64,000 nt of DNA from Candidatus Bathyarchaeota archaeon (GCA_963811105.1 CAWEPZ010000010.1:1-64000); one strand, 5' to 3'. Shown: positions 43,818 through 54,146, numbered from the stretch's first letter. Notes: generated by a model not told the origin, from the sequence alone. A program made the numbers and translations.

Positions 43818-44267
43818 CTATTGGGTGCCGGTGATTGTTACGTCGCAGCTGAACGTTGTGAGACTACCGGTGTTTGACGCCGCCGCTAATGTTAGTATTG
43901 CTTGATTTGATATTCCTGCGTTTAGGACTGTGTTTTGTCGGTTCCATGTCAGAGTCAATGAGGATGTAGCGTTGAGTGGATTCCAATTGTTCGGGGTCAT
44001 GGTTAGTGTTTCTGGTACGTTGCCGGTATTTTTAACGTAGATTGTTTGCGTAGCATTCCCGCCCGGGTTGAGGGTTCCAACGTTTAGGGCTGTGACGGCT
44101 TGTGTGCAAGCGCTGTCTGAGTATACACCTAGGTTTACTGCGTTTATTGTTCCGTTTAGGGGGACGGTTTGGTTGGTGCTGAGAACGGCAGCTGTTATTA
44201 CCGTTAGGAAGATTGCGGCTATTGATAGGGCGATTATTGCTATTTTGGTTAGTTTTTGGAATTGCAT
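43818..44267 (-). CDS. Secreted/pilin-like hypothetical protein
   Basis: N-terminal hydrophobic helix; LGVYSDSACT and YVKNTGN motifs. Confidence 0.7.
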   Translation of the reverse strand: MQFQKLTKIAIIALSIAAIFLTVITAAVLSTNQTVPLNGTINAVNLGVYSDSACTQAVTALNVGTLNPGGNATQTIYVKNTGNVPETLTMTPNNWNPLNATSSLTLTWNRQNTVLNAGISNQAILTLAAASNTGSLTTFSCDVTITGTQ

Positions 44268-44803
44268 ATTTCTTTTCCTCTACACTACTATGTCTTAAGT
44301 CTTAAGTGTTAATAAGCATTTTGAGTGGAGAACAATACCATCTACAAGAACAACACAAATACACTCCGCATTGAATCTTGACGGTGTACTGTCTAATTTG
44401 CGGCTAATGCACACCCTAAACTTGACTGTAACTGTAAGCTTGATAGCCAACCCAACTGAAAATTCCATGTTTAAGATGGAGAACCACTACGTTTGATATT
44501 CAACAAATGTAATTGCGAACATTTTTTGCGCATTTTCCCTGAAGTGTCTTGGGAGCTAAAATTACTAAGACTGTTTTCTATATAAGAGCTTATTTTTAGA
44601 ATATTTTGTACATATAAAGGCTGAATGTTTATGCAAACAAGCTTTTTGCCTTCAAATTTCAATGTGCGGCTTTATCATGATGGAACTTAGGTTTTTTCAA
44701 GCAATATTTATATCGAAAGCACTGCATTGAAGGATTCTAACTACCTTTCAGGCGCAGTACTAAATTGTTCTGCGCATGGAAAAAATCTTGGTGAATAGAA
44801 TAA

Positions 44804-45739
44804 ATGCCGTTAAAAACCGTTAAGAAAGATGCGGCAGATGCTTTAACATTAGAATGGGTCATGCAAGTCAAAAACTACAAGCTAACCCTTGACAAAAACC
44901 GTTGTGTTGGTTGCCAAATATGCAGTTTAGCCTGCCCTAAGGAAGCAATTAAAACAGAAAAACAACCCAAAACTCAAGGAGAACAGGCTAAAAAAGCCAA
45001 AGTGGACATTGACTTAGCCAAATGTACTTTCTGCGGAATTTGCGATGTGACTTGTCCTTATGGCGCAATAAAAGTTACCCTGAATGGGTCGCATGACCTC
45101 AGTATTTTAGCAAAAGAGAGTTACCCGCAGCTTGTTCGAGATATAATTGTTGACACTGGACTATGCCAAAAAGAATGCGTTGAATGCGAAACCGCATGCC
45201 CGCTATCACTGATTAAGGTTTCTAAAGTTGGGTTTGATGGCAAACCGGTCGAAAACATGGAAGATTTATCTCCAAACTTGAAAAAGCGCGTTGAGGTTAG
45301 CCTTGACATTCAAAAGGATTATTGTCCAACTTGCAAAGTGTGCGAGTTCAAATGTGCCCCTGGCGCTCTAAAAGTAAGGAAAACCTTTGAAGGCACAATC
45401 GCAATTGACCAAGAAAAATGCCCACAAGGCTGCAAAGACTGCCTAGATGTTTGCCCAATTACTGGAGCATTAACACTTGGCGAAGATAACAAAGTTTACG
45501 TTAATGATCAAGTCTGCACTTACTGTGGCGCTTGCAAAAATGTTTGCCCAGTACCTGAAGCATTAACTGTTAAACGAACTACGGTTCATCACACGCCTAT
45601 TCATTCAGGCACATGGAACAAAGCGTTAGAAAGAATCGCTTCACCAGCCGACGCTGCAAAAGAATTAAGAACTGTTGCTGGTGAAAACAGACGCAAAGTA
45701 GTTGCTAAAAGATTCGTTTTAGAGGAGACAGTAAGATGA
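44804..45739 (+). CDS. Polyferredoxin (six 4Fe-4S-type motifs)
   Basis: Repeated CxxCxxCxxxCP. Confidence 0.9.
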   Translation: MPLKTVKKDAADALTLEWVMQVKNYKLTLDKNRCVGCQICSLACPKEAIKTEKQPKTQGEQAKKAKVDIDLAKCTFCGICDVTCPYGAIKVTLNGSHDLSILAKESYPQLVRDIIVDTGLCQKECVECETACPLSLIKVSKVGFDGKPVENMEDLSPNLKKRVEVSLDIQKDYCPTCKVCEFKCAPGALKVRKTFEGTIAIDQEKCPQGCKDCLDVCPITGALTLGEDNKVYVNDQVCTYCGACKNVCPVPEALTVKRTTVHHTPIHSGTWNKALERIASPADAAKELRTVAGENRRKVVAKRFVLEETVR

Positions 45740-48192
45740 GCAATACACAAACCCTCGCCCAACCAGAAAATCCAAAACCTGAAGAACTCAGAGTAGGCGT
45801 TTTCGTTTGCCACTGCGGGTTGAACATCGCAGGCACAGTAGACGTAAAAGCAGTTGCTGAATATGCCAAGACTATTCCAGATGTCGTATTTGTTAAAGAA
45901 AACCGCTACACATGTGCTGACCCAGGTCAAGAAGAAATCCGCAAAGCCATTCGCGAACAAAAACTAAACCGAGTTGTCATTGCCGCTTGCTCTCCAAGAA
46001 TGCACGAGCCTACATTTAGACGTACCGTTTCAGAAGCAGGGTTAAACCCCTTCCTTTATGAAATGGCAAACATTCGAGAATTTGCTTCCTGGTGCCACCA
46101 AAATGACCCAGCCGCGGCAACAGAGCGAGCCAAAGACTCAGTTCGTATGGCAGTGGCAAAAGTGCGATTAATGCAGCCGCTTCAAACTATCGAGGTGCCA
46201 GTAACCAACAAAGCCTTGATTATCGGCGGCGGAATTGCAGGAATGAACGCAGCGTTAGACCTAGCAGAGCAAGGGTTCAAAGTTTACATGCTTGAGAATA
46301 CGCAGAGCATTGGTGGGCATATGGCCGCCTTGGACAAGACATTTCCAACTTTGGATTGCAGCATCTGTATTGAAGGACCAAAAATGGTGGATTGTGGGCG
46401 CCATCCGAACATCACGATCTTTGCTAATTCAGAACTCGTCAAAGTTGATGGTTACATAGGCAATTTTAAGGTTAGAATTCGCAAAAATGCACGTTACGTT
46501 ATACCTGAAAAGTGCACTGGTTGTGGCGAATGCAAAGACGCTTGCCCGATAGAATACCCTAACGAATGGGACATGAACCTTGGTTCCCGCAAAGCAATTT
46601 CAGTGCCTTTTGACCAGACAGTGCCTTTGATTTACTCTATCAATAAGGATTATTGCATTGAATGCTTCAAATGTACAGATGTTTGTGGTGAGCGTCAAGC
46701 CATAGACTTCAACCAGAAACCTGAGGAAGTTGACATAGATGTGGGTGCAATCATTGTTTCAACAGGCTTTGACGTTTATGAACCCTACGATATGCCATTG
46801 TTAGGCTATGGGAAATATCCAAACGTCATCACCAGCATGGAGTTTGAAAGACTCATCTTAGCTGCTGGTCCAACAGGCGGCAAAGTTATCAGGCAATCAG
46901 ACGGTCAGAAGCCACATAGAATCGCTTTCATTCAATGCGTTGGCAGTAGAGACAAAAACAAGTACCCCTATTGTAGCAACTTCTGCTGCATGTACACGCT
47001 AAAGCATGTAGTTCAGATTAAAGAGAAATACAAAGAAGACGTGGAAGTATACGTTTTCTATATGGACATACGCAGCGCAGGCAAAGGATACGAAGAATTC
47101 TATGACCGCGCGAGAGAACGCGGCGCAAACTTTATCCGTGGACGCGTAAGCCGCATAGACGAAGACCCGGTAACCCATAATTTAACCGTTCACTCCGAAG
47201 ATTCAATTCTGGGAACACCAATTGAAGTCGAAGTAGACATGGTGGTGCTTGCAACAGCGGCAATTCCAAAAAAAGGTTCAGCGGACGTTGCGCGCATGCT
47301 TAATTTGTCAAGGGGAGCAGACGGCTTTTTCATGGAAGCACACCCCAAACTTAAACCCATGGATGCACCCACAGACGGTGTCTTCTATGCTGGCGCATGT
47401 GTTGCCCTAAAAGACATACCCTACAGCGTTTCACAAGGGAGCGGCGCTGCATCACGAGCAGCAACCGTTATTTCGAAGCCAAAATGGAAGATTGAACCAA
47501 TCATTTCAATTGTTGACGAAACTAAATGCAGAAACAAGACAGCGAAATGCGGCGTTTGCGTTGACAAATGTCCCTATGGTGCTATCAAAGCTGAGCCAGG
47601 TAAAGCAGCAAGCATCAATACAGCTAACTGCCATGGTTGTGGAACTTGCGTTGCAGAATGTCCACAGCATGCGATTACTCAAATGCACTTTACTGACGCA
47701 CAAATCATGGCTCAAATACGTTCTGCGCTCCAAGATAAACCAGGAGAGAAAATACTTGCCATCCTTTGCAACTGGTGCAGTTATGCAGGCGCGGACCTTG
47801 CAGGTATTAGCCGCTTTGACTATCCAGCTAGCGTTCGAGCAATACGTGTCATGTGCAGTGGCAGAGTTGCCAGAGAATTCGTTCTTGAAGCTTTGAGGCT
47901 TGGTGCGGGCATGGTTTTGATTGGTGCGTGTCACTTGCCATACGACTGCCACTATATCAACGGAAACTACAAGATGAAAGCACGAACCGACGCGCTTAAA
48001 GGTATGTTGACAAAGCTTGGAATGAGTCCAGAACGGTTCAGGGTAGAATATGTTTCAGCCGCAGAAGGGATACGCTACGCTGAAGTCATCAAAGAAATCG
48101 ACGAGCAAAGAAAAGCATTGGGCAAAGAGAAGATCGAAGCTGAAACAGCAAAGCTAAAGCCATTCCTCGAAAACATGCTTAAACGAAAGTAG
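45736..48192 (+). CDS. hdrA: Heterodisulfide reductase subunit A fused to MvhD
   Basis: VFVCHCG, ACSP, GGGIAG, LDKTFPTLDC and IQCVGSR; C-terminal CNWCSYAGADLAG..RVMCSGRV..DCHY. Confidence 0.92.
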   Translation: MSNTQTLAQPENPKPEELRVGVFVCHCGLNIAGTVDVKAVAEYAKTIPDVVFVKENRYTCADPGQEEIRKAIREQKLNRVVIAACSPRMHEPTFRRTVSEAGLNPFLYEMANIREFASWCHQNDPAAATERAKDSVRMAVAKVRLMQPLQTIEVPVTNKALIIGGGIAGMNAALDLAEQGFKVYMLENTQSIGGHMAALDKTFPTLDCSICIEGPKMVDCGRHPNITIFANSELVKVDGYIGNFKVRIRKNARYVIPEKCTGCGECKDACPIEYPNEWDMNLGSRKAISVPFDQTVPLIYSINKDYCIECFKCTDVCGERQAIDFNQKPEEVDIDVGAIIVSTGFDVYEPYDMPLLGYGKYPNVITSMEFERLILAAGPTGGKVIRQSDGQKPHRIAFIQCVGSRDKNKYPYCSNFCCMYTLKHVVQIKEKYKEDVEVYVFYMDIRSAGKGYEEFYDRARERGANFIRGRVSRIDEDPVTHNLTVHSEDSILGTPIEVEVDMVVLATAAIPKKGSADVARMLNLSRGADGFFMEAHPKLKPMDAPTDGVFYAGACVALKDIPYSVSQGSGAASRAATVISKPKWKIEPIISIVDETKCRNKTAKCGVCVDKCPYGAIKAEPGKAASINTANCHGCGTCVAECPQHAITQMHFTDAQIMAQIRSALQDKPGEKILAILCNWCSYAGADLAGISRFDYPASVRAIRVMCSGRVAREFVLEALRLGAGMVLIGACHLPYDCHYINGNYKMKARTDALKGMLTKLGMSPERFRVEYVSAAEGIRYAEVIKEIDEQRKALGKEKIEAETAKLKPFLENMLKRK

Positions 48193-48618
48193 AGGACCAC
48201 TCTATCTCCTTTTTTGTTACCATATAAACTAATCAAATGGGTAACCTCTCACTTAATCATATGAGGAGATCTTTAGCTAATTGGGCAGAATTTCAGAATT
48301 GCTTTTTCTCAAACAGGACAAGAATTCCCAACAGCAACGCTGCCGCCACCCCCGCCGCTAAATGAATTGTGAAGACCTCCGCATTAGCAATGTTTTAACA
48401 GCGTTGGGACAAGTGGAATTATTGAAATCTTGTTTCCGCTCGTAGATTACTATTATTACGGCGACGAGCACTTTGTATTCCTACTGTATTTAGTGGGTTG
48501 TTTTGACTTATTCTGAGCTTTGGAACAGAGTGTTTAGGGAATAGACGGTAACCTATCGAGCCTTGGATGTGAAAAATAAGAATTAATTAACTAAACTTTG
48601 TTAGAATAAAAAAAGCGG

Positions 48619-48900
48619 TTAATCTTCTTCTTCGAGTTTTCGCCCTTTAATTTTAAGAGTATTCTCTTCGTCACTTATTACTCTGAAAAGCTCTGTTAGT
48701 TCATGTTTATGCAGGAACTTTTTCAATGTTACTCGTATGTATTTCTTGCTTAATGCTTCGCCCTCGCCTTTTACTGTTATGGCTTTTGCGTTTGTTGTTA
48801 CTTCTCCGCCTGTTTTTTCTTTAAGGAAATCAGCTAGTTTCTCTATGAGTTTTGCCTCGTCGCTTTTAAGTTCTGATGCATCAACTTCCATTTCAACCAT
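48619..48900 (-). CDS. rpl22e: Ribosomal protein eL22 (L22e)-like
   Basis: L..FLKEK...SKKYIRVTLKKFLHK..L...FRVIS motif; GAGGTG RBS before the ATG at 48900. Confidence 0.75.
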   Translation of the reverse strand: MVEMEVDASELKSDEAKLIEKLADFLKEKTGGEVTTNAKAITVKGEGEALSKKYIRVTLKKFLHKHELTELFRVISDEENTLKIKGRKLEEED

Positions 48901-49162
48901 TTTATGTTCACCTCGATTCATGTTGCGGCAATTAACTTGCATTTAAAGTAGTTTTCATGACTGCTTTACTGATAAGTTTTCCGCTGTCAGTTCGCCCGTC
49001 GAGTCATTATCACTGCATAAGCTCTGTGACTCTAGTGCTCATCATCCAGATGAATAATTCAGCAACAAAACTTAAGACTCTTGCGTTTTAAGGGCAAGAA
49101 ACTCAAAGAATCAAATGATTTTTGTTTACTAATTCGATATGTTGTTATTGGAGTTACTGTCT

Positions 49163-49324
49163 ATGGGTGTTTTAAACCTTATAAAGAAACGAAGAAGCAT
49201 TAGAACCTACATAAGACAAGATCTTCCTCAAGAGACGATTGAAAAACTTCTTGAAGCGGCAACGTGGGCGCCTTTAACTGGGAACGTTCAACCTTGGGAA
49301 TTCGTGGTTGCAGAAGCGATTTAG
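49163..49324 (+). pseudogene. Nitroreductase N-terminal fragment
   Basis: IKKRRSIRTY...LLEAATWAP..GNVQPWEFVV, then stop. Confidence 0.75.
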
Positions 49325-49376
49325 TGTAAAAAATGGTATTTGTGAAATATGAATTATGGTTATTTATTGTGTTCTC

Positions 49377-50327
49377 TTACATCTGTTTAGCGCTTCTTTG
49401 TGGTTGCGGCTGTGTTATTGGGATGATGGTTGCTTTTGAAAGGTTTTCTTGTTCGTTGAGAATCAGAGACATAGCTTTGCCTTCAGGAACAATTATCTTT
49501 GTGTTGTTAGCCAAAGATGCTGCTACTGTTTCCAGTTGCTTAAAGACTATTGCGCTGTCTTTGAAGTATGTGGTCAAAGCTTCGTTCCTTAGTCTAGTTG
49601 CTTGAGCATCTCCTTCAGCTATTTCAATGGTTGCCGTTTTCTGTCCTTCCGCTTGTAGGATAGCTGCTTGTTTCTGTCCTTCTGCAACTTGAATTGCCGC
49701 GTTTTTCTGTCCGCTTGCCAAAGTTGCTTGGGCTATGGCGGTTTTCTCAGCGGCTTGCCTCTCGTTGTCAGCTTTGAGAACAGATTCCATTGATATGATG
49801 AGTTCTCTTGGAGGCTCTAAGTCTTTGATTTCTGCTCGTATGATTTCTATGCCCCAGCATTCCGTTTGTTCATCGAGGGCTTCTTTGAGTTTCTCGTTTA
49901 TGGTGGGTCTTGATGTGTTTGCTATTGCCATGTCCATGCCGCCTATGATGTCTCTGAGCACGGTTCGGGCAAGCGTGTCAATTTGTGCTGCAAAATTGGC
50001 CACTGAGTATTGGGATGCTTTAACTGAGGGTTCGTCGGGCTTGATTTTGTAGAAAACCACGGCATCTACACCCATGAAGACTTTGTCTTTGGTGATGACA
50101 TCTTGACGCTGCACAGGAGTCATGCGTTCGGTGGTGTTTACTTTTATTATTCGATCTATGAATGGAACAAGAAATGTTAAGCCTCCTTGAACGAATCGAT
50201 GGTATTTGCCAAGCCTCTCCACTAAGCCTTTCTCTGTAGGTCTAACAATGCGAAGTGACGAAATAATCGCGTAAATTACTACAAGTAATGGAATCACTAC
50301 TGCTATTATTTCAATTGCATCTACCAT
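49377..50327 (-). CDS. SPFH/band-7 (stomatin/QmcA-like) protein
   Basis: GLVERLGKY, QDVITKD, LRDIIG and WGIEI motifs; AEGQK repeats. Confidence 0.9.
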   Translation of the reverse strand: MVDAIEIIAVVIPLLVVIYAIISSLRIVRPTEKGLVERLGKYHRFVQGGLTFLVPFIDRIIKVNTTERMTPVQRQDVITKDKVFMGVDAVVFYKIKPDEPSVKASQYSVANFAAQIDTLARTVLRDIIGGMDMAIANTSRPTINEKLKEALDEQTECWGIEIIRAEIKDLEPPRELIISMESVLKADNERQAAEKTAIAQATLASGQKNAAIQVAEGQKQAAILQAEGQKTATIEIAEGDAQATRLRNEALTTYFKDSAIVFKQLETVAASLANNTKIIVPEGKAMSLILNEQENLSKATIIPITQPQPQRSAKQM

Positions 50328-50715
50328 ATGTCTCTATCTTCCTTCCTCTTCTTGTTAGGGCGAGGCGCAGAGATTTAAGATTTGCGAAAAAATTACATAA
50401 TATAACTAAATTAGGGGGAGGCGCATGAGATTTTAACCCAAGATTTACGGATCATGAGTGCAGTTAATGGCATAAAGATTTTTCACTTTCAGTGGTCCCT
50501 CCAGGATTTGTATAATGCAATCTGTTTACAAAGTGTACCAAAAAAGTTGCCAAGCTGACTACAAAGAGCAGGTCATTTAATTCTGATTCTTTGTTTTGGA
50601 AAATGTGCAACCAAGATGACTTTGCTGATTTTGGGCGATATCACATTTCCAGGTACCACAGCGACTAATTGGCTAACGTGTTGTCGGCATCAGTATGGCC
50701 TTCTGTTAATAAAAT

Positions 50716-51006
50716 ATGAATTTTCAGTTCATAAGTGAATTATATGTGACAGTCATATTTTTCGGCATGAGAGAAATTATGAAAAATCAGGAAATTCGAC
50801 GTAGAAAAGAATTAAAAATCAAAATGGCCCAAGCGTTTAACAATGAAATACAAATACTCCAAAAGGAAACGCAAAGTTTTCTATTAGATGATCTTGTTAC
50901 AGCTTTTGACAATAGACTTAAAGTCTTGCAAAAAAGTCAGATGAAATCAGAAATGCAATTTCTAATTGCTAATGTGCAATGCTACGAAGTACTTCAAACT
51001 TCTTAA
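50716..51006 (+). CDS. Small hypothetical protein (start probably near 50768-50779)
   Basis: LLDDLVTAFDNRLKVL helical pattern. Confidence 0.55.
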   Translation: MNFQFISELYVTVIFFGMREIMKNQEIRRRKELKIKMAQAFNNEIQILQKETQSFLLDDLVTAFDNRLKVLQKSQMKSEMQFLIANVQCYEVLQTS

Positions 51007-51029
51007 AGTCTCTGGAGTCAGTCAGCCAA

Positions 51030-51410
51030 CCTACCTCTTCATCCGCATGAACATAACGCCAAAGTTTTCCCTGTCCTTGGCTTCATGATACTTAAAGTAA
51101 ATCTCCCTGTCCATTATACCAAGTATCTCTAGTTTGCCGGTTACATGCGACATTATTTAAAGCGCTTACTAAGTTCATCACAGCTCACTTTTGCTTTTTC
51201 AAGTATCCTGGATCCTTCGCACAATGGGACTTGGAATTGATGCTTAACCCTCTTGACAGGGCGGCACTGAAAAACGTGGTAAGGCGCCACCCCAACAACT
51301 GCGCGTCTATTGTTTAAGGTTGCAAGCGCTTTAGGATTATCGTTAACTCCATGTAGCAGAACAGTTTGACTGCTTACTAGAACGTTAGACTTGCGCAGAT
51401 TGCTCACGCC
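51030..51410 (-). pseudogene. KamA / lysine 2,3-aminomutase-family C-terminal remnant
   Basis: QTVLLHGVND, PYHVFQCRPV and HQFQVP, continuing after a stop as MSHVTGKLEILG. Confidence 0.75.
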
Positions 51411-51656
51411 ACGAATGGAATCAGAACAAAGAGAATTGATATATGATATCTGCAGTAATCTTATTAAATACCAACTTAGGCTCTCAAGATAACGTGGTAG
51501 AAAGCCTAAAAACCTGTTGAGGGTGAATAGTTAAGGCTGTGTTGTAGCAAGGATGAACCCACGAATAAATTTTTTTAAAACCTGTGATCATTTCGACGAA
51601 CTGTTAAGCTAAGAGAGCAGGTTAATTGCCAATTCAATAAAATTGGGTTCTTGACA

Positions 51657-51983
51657 TTACCACTCAGATTTTTTCTTCCAAATGTTGAGCGTGCATTGCC
51701 CCCAACAGTAAGAACCTGCCTTATATTGACAGCCATTACAGCCCATACCAGTGAATTTGGGTCCGGAATCTTGTTTTGAATGAACACGGACAAAAACTTT
51801 TTTAGGTTCACTTTGATTCGCAGACACGCCGTCTTTTTGGTATTTCAAGCGATAAGGACATTTTTCATAAATTGAAGAATTTGAAAAAATAGATTGAGGA
51901 CAAGTTTGGCCTCCGCACTCACGAACACTTAATTCAAATTCTCCTAAACCAGTTTCGACTTTAGCGTATTCGCAAAAAACCAC
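51657..51983 (-). CDS. Small Cys-rich hypothetical protein
   Basis: Eight Cys; N-terminal half similar to 10207..10473. Confidence 0.55.
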   Translation of the reverse strand: MVFCEYAKVETGLGEFELSVRECGGQTCPQSIFSNSSIYEKCPYRLKYQKDGVSANQSEPKKVFVRVHSKQDSGPKFTGMGCNGCQYKAGSYCWGQCTLNIWKKKSEW

Positions 51984-52688
51984 ACTGTTCTCCCATCCAG
52001 TACAAACTCCAATCTAGTATAAAACGGTTTAAAGGAGAAAGGATATAGATAGTCTGGAAATGGTCTTGAGCGGTCGGATTTGCCAAAGTCATAAGATTTC
52101 GAGCTTTCTCAAACGAAGATGTATTTTAGAGGCGAATTGAGTGGAGCAAGGCATAGATTTCACGATTTAGCCTTTCAAATTACGCAAACTTGGACAGAGA
52201 AGTGACAAGGGAAATAGCCACAATTGACCCCCTAGATTCGCCGAGAATGGTAATGGTATGTCTCCAAGAATTAAGAAGAGGTTTGGATTCGGAGTTTGTG
52301 GAAGAAGCGTGAAGATGGCGAACCACCCAGCATTTCCCTCTGAATCCAACCCAATTACAGAGAACTAGACAACTATTCTTTAAGATTTATGAACCCAGAA
52401 TCAAGAACAAAAAAGCAATCAATGCAAATCCCCACTTCCTCACTCAATGAGCGGAGAATCTCTGAACCTTCAAAGTATGGAACGGAGATTTCTCCGCACC
52501 ATTTTCCGGTTTTTCCCCTTTTTCCAGTCCACAATACTGGACCAATTTCCAACATTTGATACGATTAATGGAAAAATCAACTTTTTGAGTTTTATCTAAT
52601 GTTTTTGATTCATCATATTTGGCAAGATATTATATACATATTGATTGCATATCCTAAAATCGTTAAATAACTTAAGGAGAAAATAGAA

Positions 52689-53248
52689 TTGAACAAAAAA
52701 TCCAACACATTAGCAAACGCAATACTCGTAATCCTTTTGATGTCTTTAACTATTCTACCATTAGTGCCATCTCAACTTGTGAAGGCTCAGGTAGCAACAC
52801 AGCAACCAACTGCAGGTCCTCTCCCCGCTGGCACAATTCCCAGCATTACAGTCGATACAATGGCTTTTCTTAGCTTTAGACCAAACCCAGTGGGAGTTGG
52901 GCAAACTGTCCTAGTGAATATGTGGGTTGAACCTCCAATTAATGTTGCCAGAGATTTAATTAGTACATTTCGCGTTACGATAACAAAGCCAGACACAACT
53001 GTCGAAACAATTGGACCGCTTAACTCCTACGGAGGCGACTCAACTCAATGGTTCGAATACAAAGTCACGCAGGTCGGTACATACAAACTCAAATTTGACT
53101 TTCTTGGAGAATACTATCCAGCTGGAAATTACTTAAACGGAATAATTGTAACGAACTCTTCAGGAACAGCCCTCGGTTCAGCCTACTACAAACCAAGTGC
53201 GACGCTGGAACAAAACTTAACAGTTCAAGAACTACAAGACTTTGCCTT
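52689..53248 (+). pseudogene. N-terminal part of the PQQ-like beta-propeller surface protein, split by the inversion
   Basis: AAGGAGA RBS, signal peptide, FLSFRPNPVGVGQTVLVNMW and YYKPS..LTVQE; frame continues into 18357(-) across TTTGCCTT. Confidence 0.85.
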
Positions 53249-53729
53249 TTTTTGTTTTTTCTTCTAAGGCAGATCTGAATGCTGCATTCATTGCCTCATC
53301 GACTGCTTCTTTGGCAACTTTACCAATAATTCTGCCCTCATTATCGCAACTACCGCAGATTTCAACTGGACAATCGTTACCGCAAGAACCGCAAATTTCA
53401 GTAGGGCAATCATTACCACATGAGCTGCATATCTCAACGGGGCAATCGTTTCCGCATGAACTGCAAATCTCAACCGGACAATCGTCAGCTACAACTTTCC
53501 GGCCAAACTCAGAGTTTAGCCATTTTTTGTATTCAGGCAGAGTTTTTTCGACCGCTTCATTAATTACTGACTGCAGTTTTTGGTAAATTTTAGGATCCAA
53601 TTTCTCGATAGGTGGTGTCTTGGCTATGATTTTAGTTAATCGTTCGTTGTCTGTTTGTGTGAGCTTTTTGGTTGGGGCTTTATTAGGGGCTTTTTTGGTT
53701 GGCTTTTTTGAACTTGATTTAGATGACAA
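53232..53729 (-). CDS. Cys-rich tandem-repeat peptide, putative RiPP precursor (original C-terminus at 18366-18413)
   Basis: Four 12-aa repeats DCP[VT]EIC[SG]SC[GD]N flanked by charged helical regions. Confidence 0.8.
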   Translation of the reverse strand: MSSKSSSKKPTKKAPNKAPTKKLTQTDNERLTKIIAKTPPIEKLDPKIYQKLQSVINEAVEKTLPEYKKWLNSEFGRKVVADDCPVEICSSCGNDCPVEICSSCGNDCPTEICGSCGNDCPVEICGSCDNEGRIIGKVAKEAVDEAMNAAFRSALEEKTKKGKVL

Positions 53730-53902
53730 AAAAAATCACTACCTTGTTTTGTTAAGAATCGTTTATTTATGCCTTTTTGAGGCTTCATTAAGTTGAACGG
53801 GTAATGTAACAAGGTTAAAAAGTTATTAAGATTTGTGTATCGATTTCTAACTTGCCAAAATAACTCCTCAGTGGTAAACACAAATTGAAATAAAAACTGC
53901 GT

Positions 53903-53965
53903 AGTCAAGTTTAGTTGCTCGCCAATCCCATGCCAGTAGAGAACGATGACGGCACAATTCCTTAA
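53903..53965 (-). repeat. Site X8
   Basis: Reverse complement TTGTGCCGTCATCGTTCTCTA-CTGGCA-TGGGATTGGCGAGCAACTAAAC. Confidence 0.85.
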
Positions 53966-54146
53966 TATTTCCTAATTAAATGGTTATTTTATAAGAAAAA
54001 AAATGCAGAAAAAGTGATTGTTTTTTGGTGTACGGTCTTTCTACACTGAGCTGGTTTTTCTTTTTTTACTAACGGTTCTCCATTAATCCAGCCGCCTTGG
54101 CTTTTGTGAGTTTTACTTGAGCTATGCTGGGTTTGTAGCTGATTTG

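Noticed and set aside
44400-44435. CACCCTAAACTTGACTG resembling the right end of X
   Set aside because: Only ~15 nt match and the diagnostic GCCGTCATC/GGCGAG arms are missing.
53330-53490. 36-bp tandem repeats as a VNTR or mini-CRISPR
   Set aside because: Variation is mostly at third codon positions and preserves the Cys peptide, so the repeats are protein-coding.
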